Of a stretch of 64,000 nucleotides of DNA, positions 28,101-41,338 are shown one piece after another. This DNA is from Podarcis vaucheri (taxonomy: Eukaryota). The first letter of the stretch is position 1, and each line of letters opens with the position of its first letter. Under the pieces are notes generated by a model. The model was given only the letters and a program-made list of their open reading frames with translations. It did not search any database and was not told the origin of the DNA. The stretch lies in assembly GCA_965113315.1 (NCBI GenBank), contig OZ220368.1. One strand, given 5' to 3'. The position numbers and the translations under genes were made by a program.

Positions 28101-31100
28101 AATCGTGGCTATCCATTCCATTCCTAAATCGAACGCTATTATGATGCCTCATCTGCCTGGGATAAGTACAGACAAAGCAGGCAATAAAACACCAGGACTA
28201 GTGCATACTGCTCAGCTGATACTTTTGATAGCCAAACCCACACTCTCTTTCAGATGGCTACATCACAGCTGCGATGAATAATCGAGAGGAGCACTGCCAT
28301 GGGGCTCAGCTTCCCACATGCAGCTCTCTATAGCACAGGTGTTTGCTGGAGTCTCTGCCTTGCTCCTTTCTGTATGAGAGCCATGGCTTTCCTGCTGTTT
28401 CATTCAGCAACCCTTTGTAGCAGCAAGATCGTATTGTGGAGCCATGTTCATGCATCTGGTGCTTTGCAAATAAAAGTGTTTTAGAATTTAAGAAAACTGG
28501 ACTGCCAGGTAATTTTGTCCAGGCTTAAGAAATGTTCACAGAAAGTGTTCGCATATATGCATCAAATGAAGTCCCATATGTAATGTTTTAGGCTAAATCC
28601 ACAGGCTAATTCAGGCTGGATTCTACATTATTATTAAGATGCCTTCAGTACACAAGTGCTTTAGGGAGTAACAAAAACAAAAAGAATACAGGTCTCTGCC
28701 CCAAGAGGATTACAAGCTATATTTCAACATTTGGTAAGGAAAGAAAATATGAAAAGTCTAGAAAAAGGTGGACAGTGAAAAGGTCACACAAAAAGGGATA
28801 CATGAGATAATAGGGAAAGGGGACAAATGCAAGTAGGAATTAAAGTTACAAGTGCTTAGGCTTTGTTTCAGTTGTTGAAAATATCCATACACCCTCTTTC
28901 TCTTATCTAATAATATATGAAACATTCACACACATACTTTATGAGAATATCCACAGTACAGGATGAATCTAAGTAATGATACATGGAGATATTAATTTCT
29001 AGGAAGTCTCCATCCGACATGGAACAACAAACCCAAATAGCTTCATGTTTGGGCAGAAGGTGTTGGTCTATGACCGATCTTCAGTCACATACATGTTGAC
29101 ATACACTAGGTTCTCAGTGTAGATATGCCATGTCTTGCCAAGAGATGTAGCTTCGATAACTCTATTTACATCTATACACTTCTATAACTTTTATGGCCAT
29201 TACATGTTCTCCAGTTTGTCAGCTCTACCTTTGGCTGAGATTTTTATCTCCACATGCCTGGGGCTATTATCTTGTAGGGAACAGGGTTCCTTTGAGAGGA
29301 AGGAGGGGAGAATTAATAAATAACAAACATTAAAAGTGTACTGTATTGAGCAAATGCAAAACTAGTCCAGAAAGTTGCATGATTATTGGCAGCGAGCAAT
29401 TTAATGGAGCCTCTTGAAATCTGAACAGGTGAGCATGAAATCCAGGGATAAGAATGCATAAATCCTCCTTAGGCTGAAATTGCTGTTGAAGGTTCCAAGA
29501 TGGTTTGAGCCCATTGATGTTGAACAATGACACTTACTTGCTAAATCAGGGTCAAACTACATGTTATGCTTAATGTGTAGCATGCATTTATGTCTCAAAT
29601 TTTTCTTTTACCTTATCAGTAGGGGTGGTGAAGGGATGTGGTGTGGTGAAGGGCTGTTATCTCTTCCCTACCCAGCTGTGACCCCTGCTGATAATTACCA
29701 CCCCAGGTTAAGAGAGTTGGTGCCTATGGAATCATTTTCTCTTTCTTTCTGATCCATGTTGCTGCAGGGGGAAGTGGAGTGTCTGATCCTACCCCCACTT
29801 CTAATTAAGTTTAAAAGAACACCCAGAAACCTCGCTAGATGCCACCAGATTTTTCTGACGGAAGCAACAGACAGCGAATACGTGAGAATATGCAGTGGGA
29901 ACCTCCATTTCAGGGGCAGAAAACAGTAGATGCCCCTTCTGACCAATACACCTTCAAAATATAGAACTTTTTCAGAGAAAATGCTCTCTGAAGAAATACA
30001 GAAAGATTTTCTAGATTTCTTCTATAGCTGTTCAAGATTTTTATTGAAAATACCTTGATAAGGGGTTTATAATTGAGAAATCCATAAAATAGGTGGGCGT
30101 GATACATATTTGCTTTCTTTCCCCCCCACTCTGCAGGAGTTTATTTTTTGGTTTACTTTTTGATATAACCTTGGTACTTTCTATTATTTGCACACATAAG
30201 AATTAGAACTCTGGGGTTGCTGCCAATTACCAGGATGCTGTCAATTACGGGCTGAGGTTGTGCAGACACACTGGTGGGAGTGCAGTATTGATTCCAGTGG
30301 TGCATCTACACAACACTGGCCTGGCCACCTCGATTAAGTGGCAATGAGACCACCCCAAGGCTATTGGCGAGGTTCTGCCCCACTGAGTAATCAGTTGGTT
30401 TAACTAAGAACTTGCCACTGTGCATCTGAAAGACAAAATGTCTACAAAAGCCCTAAGTTATGCCTTGCTGCAGATGATCAAGGACTAGACTCTAGGGGGC
30501 ATCTTGCCCCTTACTTCTGTTCAGGAAATTCCAGGGCAGGATGAAACGTCTAAAAGTTGTAAGAAAGTATAAAGTGTGGCACCTATACCCACTTAGCACT
30601 GGATCCTAAGGTCCCTAGAAGTGGCTCTATCCTTTAGCCTGGACAAATGTTTGCAAAGCCAAAACACTGTAACTGCTTGAAAGCTTTTTCTGGACCAGCA
30701 GCACTCAGACGGACCATCGCCACCATCTTAAGCCTGCCTATGCCACTTTAGCTATGGCACTGCAATACTCTGGTGCAGCCGGGACTAGGCTGCCCTTGAG
30801 TTTCAGAGTCAGCTGGTGTACAGCTGAATACGCTGTTAATGTAACTTTGATCCTACGAATACCTTTCTATTTTCACCAATTATCAGGAGCATTTTTAAAA
30901 TGCATGCTTGCCTCCCAGCAACCTCCTACCTAATTAACTGCAAATAATTCCATTCTGCTCTGTCTGAATAATTTTGAAAGCCATGCAAAGTTTCAGAGTG
31001 GTGGCATCTTGCACACCAGTGCTATTTGGTGGGCTCTGAGTTTATACTAAAGGTCTTGGAGACACCTGATATCTGTGTAGCACCTTAAAAGCCTTCTTTG

Positions 31101-32314
31101 AAAGCAGGGGTGGTTCACCTGGTTGCATGGAGGCACAGCAATAACCTTTCAGCAGTGAAGTCACTGCTACTTATCAGGAGAAAGTGAAGAGGAAGCAAGG
31201 GCAGGGCAGGGCAGATACATTGGCGGACAGACCTGACCTCACTGCTGCTTCAGCCCTCATATTGGCTGTGATTCTGCAGCCTTCAGCTTCCCCTTTTATT
31301 TACAAATTTTTCCAAGTTCTGAAGAACTCTAAAGCTTACACACTATTTTATGATGCTTTGGTTGGCCTACATATAGATTTATACTAGTGCAATTTACAGG
31401 ACAATAAGGCTGTACTCTTATACCTACCTATCTGGAAGTAAGCTCTATTGAACCCAGTGGGGCTTACTTCTGAGTAGACATGTCTAATATGAACATATTG
31501 TTTATCAAAAACATACCAAGAAGCGTTATATGTGTAACAGGTTAGTATGTCCAATAAACCAAAATGCTGCAGGAAGAAGCATAATTCTATCACAACTGGC
31601 CATTTTATTTTGTGATCGTCTGGGATAAAAGCTATTAAGAGCAAAAGTTTATTTATGAATGCCACTAAGCAGGGAATAAGGTATTTTTTTAAGTTCCTAG
31701 GTGCAAGTTCCTCAAATTTTGGATGACTCAGAAACCAAGTGATTTTCCTCACCTTGTTACTAAGCACAGACGTGGTCTTTGTGAATTAACTATGCAGCAT
31801 TCCTCATTTTCTGTTTCAATCTGAAGATCTATTTCTAACCAATTATTCACCCCTTGGAAACTGAGTGGTCAAGTGCTTTATTTTAAGTCACCCACAAATA
31901 CACTGGTGAAAACTAACTAAGCTGCTAAAAGTCATCTAAAACCTTAAAAGACGATGGTGATGAGGGCCTGTGGACTGGAACAATGACTCCTACAAACTAA
32001 ATACAAAATGTCACACAATGCAAAACCAGGATTGTTGAAAGATTAAAATGATGAAGCAATAGAATGCATAGCTCCGTGCTGAATGAGACACAGTGAACAC
32101 TTAAGACTTATACCCCAAACTATTAAAATATAATTCACTCTGAATCAAAACACAGCCACACTCCTTCTTCAGATTGACTCCTAGGCAATCAAAACCACTT
32201 TAGATCAGACTAAGGTAGCTAATCTTCGTTTACTCTCTATCCAAAACCTTCAGGCACTTGAAACAGCAACTCTATCCATATAGCACACCCTGATGGCTAG
32301 GGGCACCATGGTTA

Positions 32315-32578
<264 letters not shown>

Positions 32579-35500
32579 TTAAAGGACAAATTAAATTGCA
32601 TACAACAGCAAGCTTGAAGGTTCACTTTTATTTATGATTGTCTTTGGGGGCAAAGGGTGGCCATCACTGGCGTGAAAAAATATATATTAAGATGCATCCA
32701 AATATATATATTTTTAAATCTCTGAGGGAAACTTGCTGACATGTTATTAATTAGCATTCTTATTAGGCCCTATTCTTTACATTTTTTCAAACTACAGTAG
32801 CTGCAATGCTTAGATTTTATATATACATTTTTTATATACATTTTAAATAGATTGTTATGGCTTATGGACAGGTGTTGAATATGTCTCATAAACTGCCCAG
32901 AGTTTTGAAACCACAGAGGCTGAACACCAAGAGTAGATCTGCCTCCTGCCCACAGGTTCCTGCTTCTGTTAAACACTTGAGTGAGAGTGAGGTGAAATGT
33001 ACATGTATCCTGGCGGCAAGGGCAGGAAAGTTCTGGGGATATGCGCAAAACTGAGACAGTGTTTTGGGAACTGGGTGGGTGGACTGGATGAATGCCTTGA
33101 AGAGTTCCAGATGTTTCTGAGTTACAAACAGCATCCATTTCCCATTGTGTGGGAGATTTTTTATTTATAAAATTTAAAGAGCCTTTTAGTGTTGCACAAC
33201 CTGAATGGTATTTTATAATATTGAAATTGTTCGTTTGTTTTATAACTAACCACTAATAGAGGCTTTCACTGGAAAAAAGATCTTTCACAGAAGTGAAGAT
33301 CTTCTTCTGACATTGTATCATCAGGTTCGATGCTAATAGGAGAATAGGAAACTACACTATGCCAGGACAGATTATTTGTCCATTCATCTCAGAATTGCCT
33401 CCTTTTAACTGGAGAGGTGAGGGGCTGAACCTTAGACTTCCTGCATGCAAAATATGTGCTCTGCTCATATAAATGATATGACTGATGGGGTTCTAGTCAA
33501 TGCTGATGTCCTGCTACTTGCACAATGGAAGCTCTCTCTTCCAGCCCCATCCCATACACCCTCAAAATCTGCTCCAGAGGGTTTGGGGACCATCCCCCGA
33601 GCAGATTTTAGGTGTGCATGGGGAAAGGAGAGGAAGGGAAGTTCCACTCACCGAGTGTTGGATACAAAACATTAATTTTTATGTTGGTTTAATATCAAGT
33701 CTGTAGTCTGTACTTCGTGCATACAATTTATCCATAATAAATGAATGTTCCGTTTAAAAGATCTTTGATAAACAGAGGCTACAGACAATGCACTTTTCTC
33801 ATCTTTGGTGTCTGTATGCACAAGCATGTAGATATGCAAAAAGAGAGAGGCAGCATTATTAGAACAGAAAATCAGTGAGGTAATTTAAAAAGTAGACTCC
33901 TTCGAAGCAATGAGAATCCTGTATTATTACTGTATTCTTTATAATACACATGCTGCTGGGATGAACTGGGATTAAGTCCCAGATAAACAGGATTGCAGCA
34001 TGTATATTATAACAAATACATTAAAAGGACAGGATTCTCATTGCTTCAAGGGACTTTACTTCTGAGTAGACATGAATAGGATTGTGTCGTTAATACCTTT
34101 TATGGTTTTCCTTTCAAACTGTTGGCATTTCCTAACTCTACTACTATATTAACTGATGTGTTGGATTTTATTGCTTTAAATTACTAAGCAATACAAATCT
34201 GATTGTTATAGTTTAGATAACAGCATTTTTACAATGGGCAGCTACAGAGATCTGTACAAACAGTGTAAAGTTCATAGTCAAAATTTGACAGAACAGAAGC
34301 GCACTGGGTCAAAAGGTTATAAGGCCATAGTTGCTCTACCTCACACAAGGCAATTCTAATCACGACCTATGTAGTGACAGAAAATATCAACTGTTCTCCT
34401 TGTGGTTGCTAATTGGCCATATTAGCTACGTTTTAACAGTGTCATCCTATGCAGTGCATGTTTACTTGGAAGTAAGACACAGTGTTCAAAGAGGCTTGCT
34501 TTCTAGTAAGTGTGTTCAGGATTACAGTCTAAATGTGGTCAAGAAGAGCAATTCATATTGAGATTACTGAATTACAGAAACATGAGGTTGAGTGTTCATG
34601 GCCAAAAATTTCTGAGGGGCAGCAGACTGGGGAAAACTTCTTTGAATGATAGCTGGTATAGCACAGTGGCTAAAATATAATCCTATGCACATTTACCTGA
34701 GATTAAGCTCAAATGAACAGAGTGGGACTTCCTTTGGAGGAGGGGCATGCAGAGAATTGTGTTGCATGAATACTTATCAAGAAGTCGCTTTCAAATGCCA
34801 CCACAGTTCAGTAGGGGGTCTCAGCCCCTGGGTACTTTATTGGAGATGATGCTTTTTTTCTGAGTTGTAAGAGCTGCTAAGATAATGTATGTGACATGAT
34901 AAGTATTTAATACTGAATATTCCAAATTACACGCACATTGGTCCAAATCCAGAGGAAGCTAGTTTCATTGCAATGATGGACATAAATTAGTTGCCCAGTT
35001 GATTTCAATGACATTTAAGCACAACAAACTTATTCTGAATTTGAACTACTAATATAATTTAGTGCAGGATTTTAAAGTAAAGTATAAATGTGCAAACTGA
35101 AATCTCTTACAACCATCTCATAATAATATGTATTAAATGAGGTGGCTTTTTAAAAAAGTGTTTGACAGCTTGTATGACATACTTGACTTTAGGAATAATC
35201 TATTAATTAAATGTAAGTGGTGGCACCCATTAGATCCAAAAATATGACTGCTTCATCATTCAGAAGAACATGAAGAACATAAATTTTGAGAATTTAATTT
35301 AAATGTTTTGAGGGACTGAACAAGAACTGCTAATTTCTAAAAGCATATTTTAGGGCCTAGTGAATGGTCTTTAGCAGAATCTGATGCTGCTGTATTACTG
35401 CAGCTAAGGAATTGTGGAGCTAATAATTTCTCTGGATAAGAGATCACTGAAAGTACCAAGTGTGTACAGTATATAAACAACATCATTATTATCAATAATA

Positions 35501-36062
35501 ATAATAAATATTTTGTCCTTTAAGAGGGGAAAGGTATGGAAGACAAGTTAGATGTTGCAAAGCAAATAGCATCATTCACATTTTATGGTGCATGAGCATG
35601 GTGCTCTGTCTAAGCAGCAGAACTGAAACATTCTCTGAATGGGTTAATAAAAGCAGGAAAAGAGCTTGCATGCAAGTAGAAAAGTTCTAGGAACAAGCCA
35701 AAATAAACCTAGTTTTTTCTAAAATGATCACAGCCACATGACATTATTCTTAAGACAGCAAAGATTGTCAGTATTTGCAATTAAAAAATAAACTTAAAAC
35801 TAAAATGCTAGTTTAGCACATCTTATGCTAATGTTCCTGATATCATGTGGTATCTGACTAATACGCAGAGTAAACTGAATGGAATCAATGGACATAACTT
35901 AGTCTTGACTAACTTAAGTCCATTTTATCCAATGGACTCTGACTATGACTAAGTCAGGTAACTCCCACAGCCTGCATATTTCTGAGAATATCCTCTTTCA
36001 TTTAGTTATAGTGGCAATTTATAAATGTACTTGAGTTCCTGTACTAGTCTACATCAAATTAA

Positions 36063-36426
36063 AGGTAAAGGTAAAGGTACCCCTGCCCGAACGGGCCAGT
36101 CTTGACAGACTCTGGGGTTTGTGCGCCCATCTCACATCTATAGGCCGGGGGCCAGCGCTGTCCGGAGACACTTCCGGGTCACGTGGCCAGCGTGACAAAG
36201 CTGCATCTGGCGAGCCAGCGCAGCACACGGAACGCCGTTTACCTTCCCGCTGGTAAGCGGTACCTATTTATCTACTTGCACCCGGGGGTGCTTTCAAACT
36301 GCTAGGTTGGCAGGCACTGGGACCGAGCGACGGGAGCGCACCCCTCCGCGGGGATTCGAACCGCCGACCTTTCGATCGGCAAGCCCTAGGCGCTGAGGCT
36401 TTTACCCACAGCGCCACCCGCGTCCC
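36063..36426 (-). mobile_element. Full-length young Sauria-type SINE
   Basis: A box TGGCGCTGTGGG (36405-36416), B box GGTTCGAATCC (36352-36362), (ACCTTT)n tail, perfect 11-bp TSD catcaaattaa (36052-36062 and 36427-36437), CpGs retained. Confidence 0.93.
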
Positions 36427-37054
36427 CATCAAATTAAGCATCCATTATTCTTTGGGATGCATATTGCAGTGGCAACTACAGGGCATTGGATTCACAAATG
36501 GATTAGCATTGTTTGGAGGCGGCTACATGCCTTTGCAACTCATCTAGTCCTGAAGCATATGGGGGCACCAGAATATTAGCTCAATGGGCACCCAATGGTT
36601 TTCTTGTAAAGCAATCTAATGGTACAACCCATGCCTACAGTGCTTTAATGTAACAATTTAAGAAGAGTACATATGAATGTTAAAGCACTTTCAGCCACTT
36701 ACAGTGTTCTAACTGCCCTAGTGTGAAGGTACCTTAGGAGCATTTGGACTCCCATGGTTTTATCTTCTGTCAATATTTAGTGGTAGAAGTAATGGGAAAC
36801 ACACTTCACTAATGTAAAATGAAAGTTATGTGTTTTTAAAACAAATTCAACAGCTGGAACTTTGGGTTGCTGTGTTTTTTAATTCTGCTTTTTCATTGAA
36901 ATGCACAACAATTTGTCAATATCAGTTCTCACTTGATCTAAATTAAACTAGCTATGTTTCTCAGGCTCACAATGGCAATAAAAAGAACAAAATAATTTTA
37001 TTTCAAGAAAACAATGCGTTCCTTACTCTATTTTTAGTTAATAGTTTAAATATA

Positions 37055-37121
37055 AAAGGTAAGGTAAAGGTACCCCTGCCCGAACGGGCCAGTCTTGACA
37101 GACTGTGGGGTTTGTGCGCCC
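37055..37121 (-). mobile_element. 5'-truncated Sauria-type SINE (3' 67 bp only)
   Basis: Nearly identical to 36061-36128 (one substitution and one indel in the tail). Lies inside a 14-bp direct repeat. Confidence 0.9.
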
Positions 37122-37258
37122 AAATTGATATGTGTACACCCATCAAGATCAGTATTGTCTAAATTTTCTTTTTATTGTATACTATAGTTTAAATATAGTA
37201 TACAATAAAAAGAAAATTTAGACAATACTGATCTTGATGGGTGTACACATATCAATTT
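37122..37258. repeat. Perfect inverted repeat, 65-bp arms, 7-nt spacer
   Basis: 37122-37186 is the exact reverse complement of 37194-37258, read base by base. Confidence 0.95.
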
Positions 37259-38203
37259 TGTATTACTATAAGTTGGAGCAATTTTTCCAAATTAAAGCTG
37301 TCTAAATTTTCATTCATGTGTCATTTTCCTAAGTATAAAGCTATTTTGTTCATTCCAACTCATGCATGTCATGTCCATCCACCAAATGCACAAATGCAAG
37401 CAAAAATGGAATCATAGGTTAGTGGAGTCATGGAATAGATGATGAAGTCTCCCAGGAAGGCCTTTCAGAATTCTGCAGTTCGCAAACCTCCAACCCAACT
37501 TAGTAGTGTGGGTGCAGGAATATTTCATATTCATCGTCTTCTATGGATCAGTAGAGCAGCACAATAGTTTAAAATCCTGAACCTTCTTGTATTCGCTAGT
37601 CAGGAAATATCAATGCTTCCTATTACATAATAGGAAAAGATCCATGGGCATTCTCCAAATACGGTAAATGACAGAAAGCTGTATATTAATTCTGTTCACA
37701 ATATCTGTCTGCTCAGTGGATACCTTTACACATTTTCCCAAGCTGAAGAACAGTTCTGCTAAGGGTAAATCATCCATCACTACCAAAAATGACAACGTCA
37801 CAATTTCTATTCTCTTCCCAAAAGTAATACAAAGATTGGGGGTGGGGGGTGAAATTCAGTGTACTTCTAGATGCTAAATCCAGTGTCACTCTAGAACTAT
37901 TATTTTTATCATTTATTAAATTTCTATACCACCCTTTATCCAAAGATCACAGGGAAGTGTACAATATAAAAACACAAAAATGCATACCATAATAACAACC
38001 AAAAACAACACCTCTCCGGTTTAAAATGCCATAGATTGATTAATTAACCACCTCAGAATACCTTTCTAATCATGATACAGCACAGTTCCATGTTTGCTAT
38101 ATGAATGAAAGTTACTGACTACTCATGTCAACATAAATAAGGGTATTGATAGGTCTATCAACAGGAGAAATATATGCAAGAGATGAAGGCATGTAGCCTA
38201 AAC

Positions 38204-38492
38204 TAATGGTTCTCAACTTTCTTGAGTATGAAGAGCCCCTTTTTAACCCTTCGTCCAAATTTTGCTGAGCCCCTGCTCCTGTTTGACCCTCTAGAGACAC
38301 AACAGGAGTAGAGTGAGATGGGTCTCTCTTAAAGCTCTTTGAAAAAAGTGGTTCTTTAAACACATCTCATTTAAAGGAGGGGAGAAGCTACTCCAATGGG
38401 ACTTAAAGCGCCTGCCTTTTGAAGAAGCCTCCCCCCTCCCTTAAATGAGCGGACCCTCTAAGGGGCAGGTGCCCCCAGCTTGGGAACCATTG
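38204..38492. mobile_element. Probable hAT-type MITE
   Basis: Imperfect TIRs taatggttctcaa / ttgggaaccattg and a partially matching 8-bp flank (gcctaaac / gcctctat). Confidence 0.5.
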
Positions 38493-40407
38493 GCCTCTAT
38501 ACTATATCAATTATAGAGGGGCTCTCTAAACAAGAAAACCTATCTGCACGAGAAAAATGGAATGCCGTAAAAGAAAGAACAAAATAAAAATAAATTTCAA
38601 AAACAATGCCATATGCTAACATAAAGTTAATTTAATTATTAGTTAAGCAAAATCTATCAATTATGAGGTGGGCCTTACTGGCATAAGATAGGTGTGATTG
38701 TTAGAAAATTTTTAACAGATGTCTGTCCAGCTTCTGCTTGAATGTGCATATGAATCAGCAATAGAAAGTTGCGTGGAGGATTGTTTTGACCCATACATTC
38801 TTGGGCTCTTAACTTATTACTTTTATCTACCATATTAACATTACAATAACCATTGTGCAATGAAAGTTAAAAATAGTAACCAAACCTATTACACCATTTA
38901 TTCAACTATACACATCAACCAAAATGTTGAACCTTCTTTTTCTTTCTTAAAACACCTAATCTATTTACCGGGCTCTAACAGCGGTTAACAACTATCTCAG
39001 CACCCAACTGATGCCACTATGCATGATAACTGAATTCATCATAATCATTATTTTAAGAAACATAAAGTTGAATAATTAAAACATGCAAATGGCATATAAA
39101 AGAGAAATTAAATGGTTTTCTAGTTCTCTTAAAAAAACACCTGGGCATGTTAGCAGCTTCCTTTTGGAGCAGCTACTGAAACACCTTTTCAAGAAGCATC
39201 AGCATTCTTACTAGCCTTCTCCCCCACCGTTCCTGGGTATTACTACAAAACATGAAATGTCTTTCATTCATTCATTGAGAGCTTCTCCTCCTGCATTTAC
39301 AACCATTTTGCTTCATTTTTATTAAAGCTAAACAATCTAAGGTTGGTGGAACCTTCTGTACCCCTCCCCCTCACATACCCCCATCTAATTTTATGTCATT
39401 AACATTTTCTTCAGATGCTATAGTACCACAACACTTTGTGCCATTATATTTTACAGTTCCTTTTCCTCAGATGTCTTACTGTTAAATTTCTGGGTGTCTC
39501 CCAAAGCCATTTCTGCAACCATGATTGTACTCTACTGGATAGATTACATACAGCAGTAAGAACAAATCATGGCTATTCAGAATACACTGGTTTATGGAAG
39601 CCTTGCAGGTGGAAAATACAATGACAGGCAAATGATACAATCATAAATTCAAACACCAAGTCTTTGCCTATTATTGCAGCTGAGGCATGAAACTTTTGGA
39701 AATCAGTGATCAAAAATAGGCTTATGTTTCAGCCACATCCTCACAAGATGCAAATGGAGTGTAAACTGCAAGTGAATGAAAGGATTTGAATATGATTCTC
39801 TTCTCTATTATTTCAGATACTGAACTTTTAGAGGATTAAAAATGTTGCAACAATTTCTGCTATACTAATAAGGACAGATAACCTAAACAAATTCAAGTTT
39901 ATTTAGAACTACAGCTTTCATTATAGCAACATTTTAAACACATTTTACTTTAGCAAGGAGTCTAGGATAAAAACATCTGGAGAATTTGTTGTTATGTGAA
40001 GCTATTTAATATACATTTTGATTAATGAATGTGTTATATCTCAACAGGATTAAACATAAATCATAATTGTTCAAAATTAATCTTATCAGCACAGAGATGC
40101 ACTGTCGGTTGACATGATTTACCAATACTCTTGAGGAATGGAGAAAAGGGAACCAGAAAAAAGAGCAAGTTAGGAGAGAACTACCCAACTGAATCTGCAT
40201 TAATCCAGGAACCACAAACATGACTGAATTCCTTACTCCATTTGCATAGTTTTCGTATTGACTGACTACACAATCAATAGTTCTGTTATGATGCCAGATC
40301 ACAAATGGACACATAACTTCTAGTTGTCCCCTTCCTTTCACCATACTCTCTGAAACCACTTATTGGAAACAACTCTGTGTTGCCTTACTTTAATCCTTTC
40401 CCTAGTA

Positions 40408-40633
40408 CAGTGATACCTCGGGTTACATACACTTCAGGTTACAGACTCCGCTAACCCAGAAATAGTACCTTGCGTTAAGAACTTTGCTTCAGGATGAGAA
40501 CAGAAATCGTGCAGTGATGGTGCGGCAGCAGTGAGAGGCCCCATCAGCTAAAGTGGTGCTTCAGGTTAAGAACAGTTTCAGGTTAAGTACGGACCTCCGG
40601 AACAAATTAAGTACTTAACCCGAGGTACTACTG
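40408..40633 (+). mobile_element. Tigger-like Tc1/mariner MITE, copy 1 (226 bp)
   Basis: TIRs cagtgatacctcgggtta / taacccgaggtactactg, TA TSD, same family as 52126 and 61975. Strand is relative. Confidence 0.9.
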
Positions 40634-41211
40634 TACCATTTTTTCAAATGAAAGTAGCACTGCCCCCTCCATTAAATCCTTCCCTTTTCAGCACTGTGAT
40701 TCTGATCTGAACCTTACCTAGGTGGCCATAAGACAACAAGATTCTAAGTTAGTATAAAAGGGGTTGGGAAGTTTCTCTATTTTCAGATAGCGCCTGAAAA
40801 TAGTGCTTAGGCGATCGTGTTTCCTAGGTTCCCAACTGCAAGGACTACTGTACCCAAGACCTTCTGAAGTATTGCTCCTTGATCTACCACTTCCCCCTTT
40901 CGAACAGTGTGCGTTAAGCCACATCAGGTACAGTAACTTCATCCCAAAAGGTGCACTCCTCCATTGTCTCCTAAGACAGATGGACGGCAACAAGTGTGCC
41001 TTCTAGCTTGCAAAATTCTTGCCTTGCACACCTCTCTGACTGCTCATGGTTCTGTCCCTATATAGTTTGAGTAGTTTGCTCTTCCTGCTTGCAGCCTTGA
41101 TCTATTACTTCTGCTCATTCTTGCATCCCCCCAGATAATTTTGCCGTGGCTTGTCCTGAGCCACCTGTCCTGTTCATTTGGAATGGTTTTGACTCCCGTC
41201 TCTCCCTAGAA

Positions 41212-41338
41212 CAGGAATGGGGAACCTGTGGCCCTCCAGATGTTTGGGGGCACAACTGCCATCAGCCTCAACTAGCATAGTCAGGGATGATGGGAGCTGT
41301 TTTCCAACATCTGGAAGGCCACAGGTTTCTCATCCCTG
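41212..41338. mobile_element. hAT-type MITE
   Basis: Long imperfect TIRs caggaatggggaacctgtggccctccagatgtt / aacatctggaaggccacaggtttctcatccctg and a degenerate 8-bp TSD. Confidence 0.8.
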
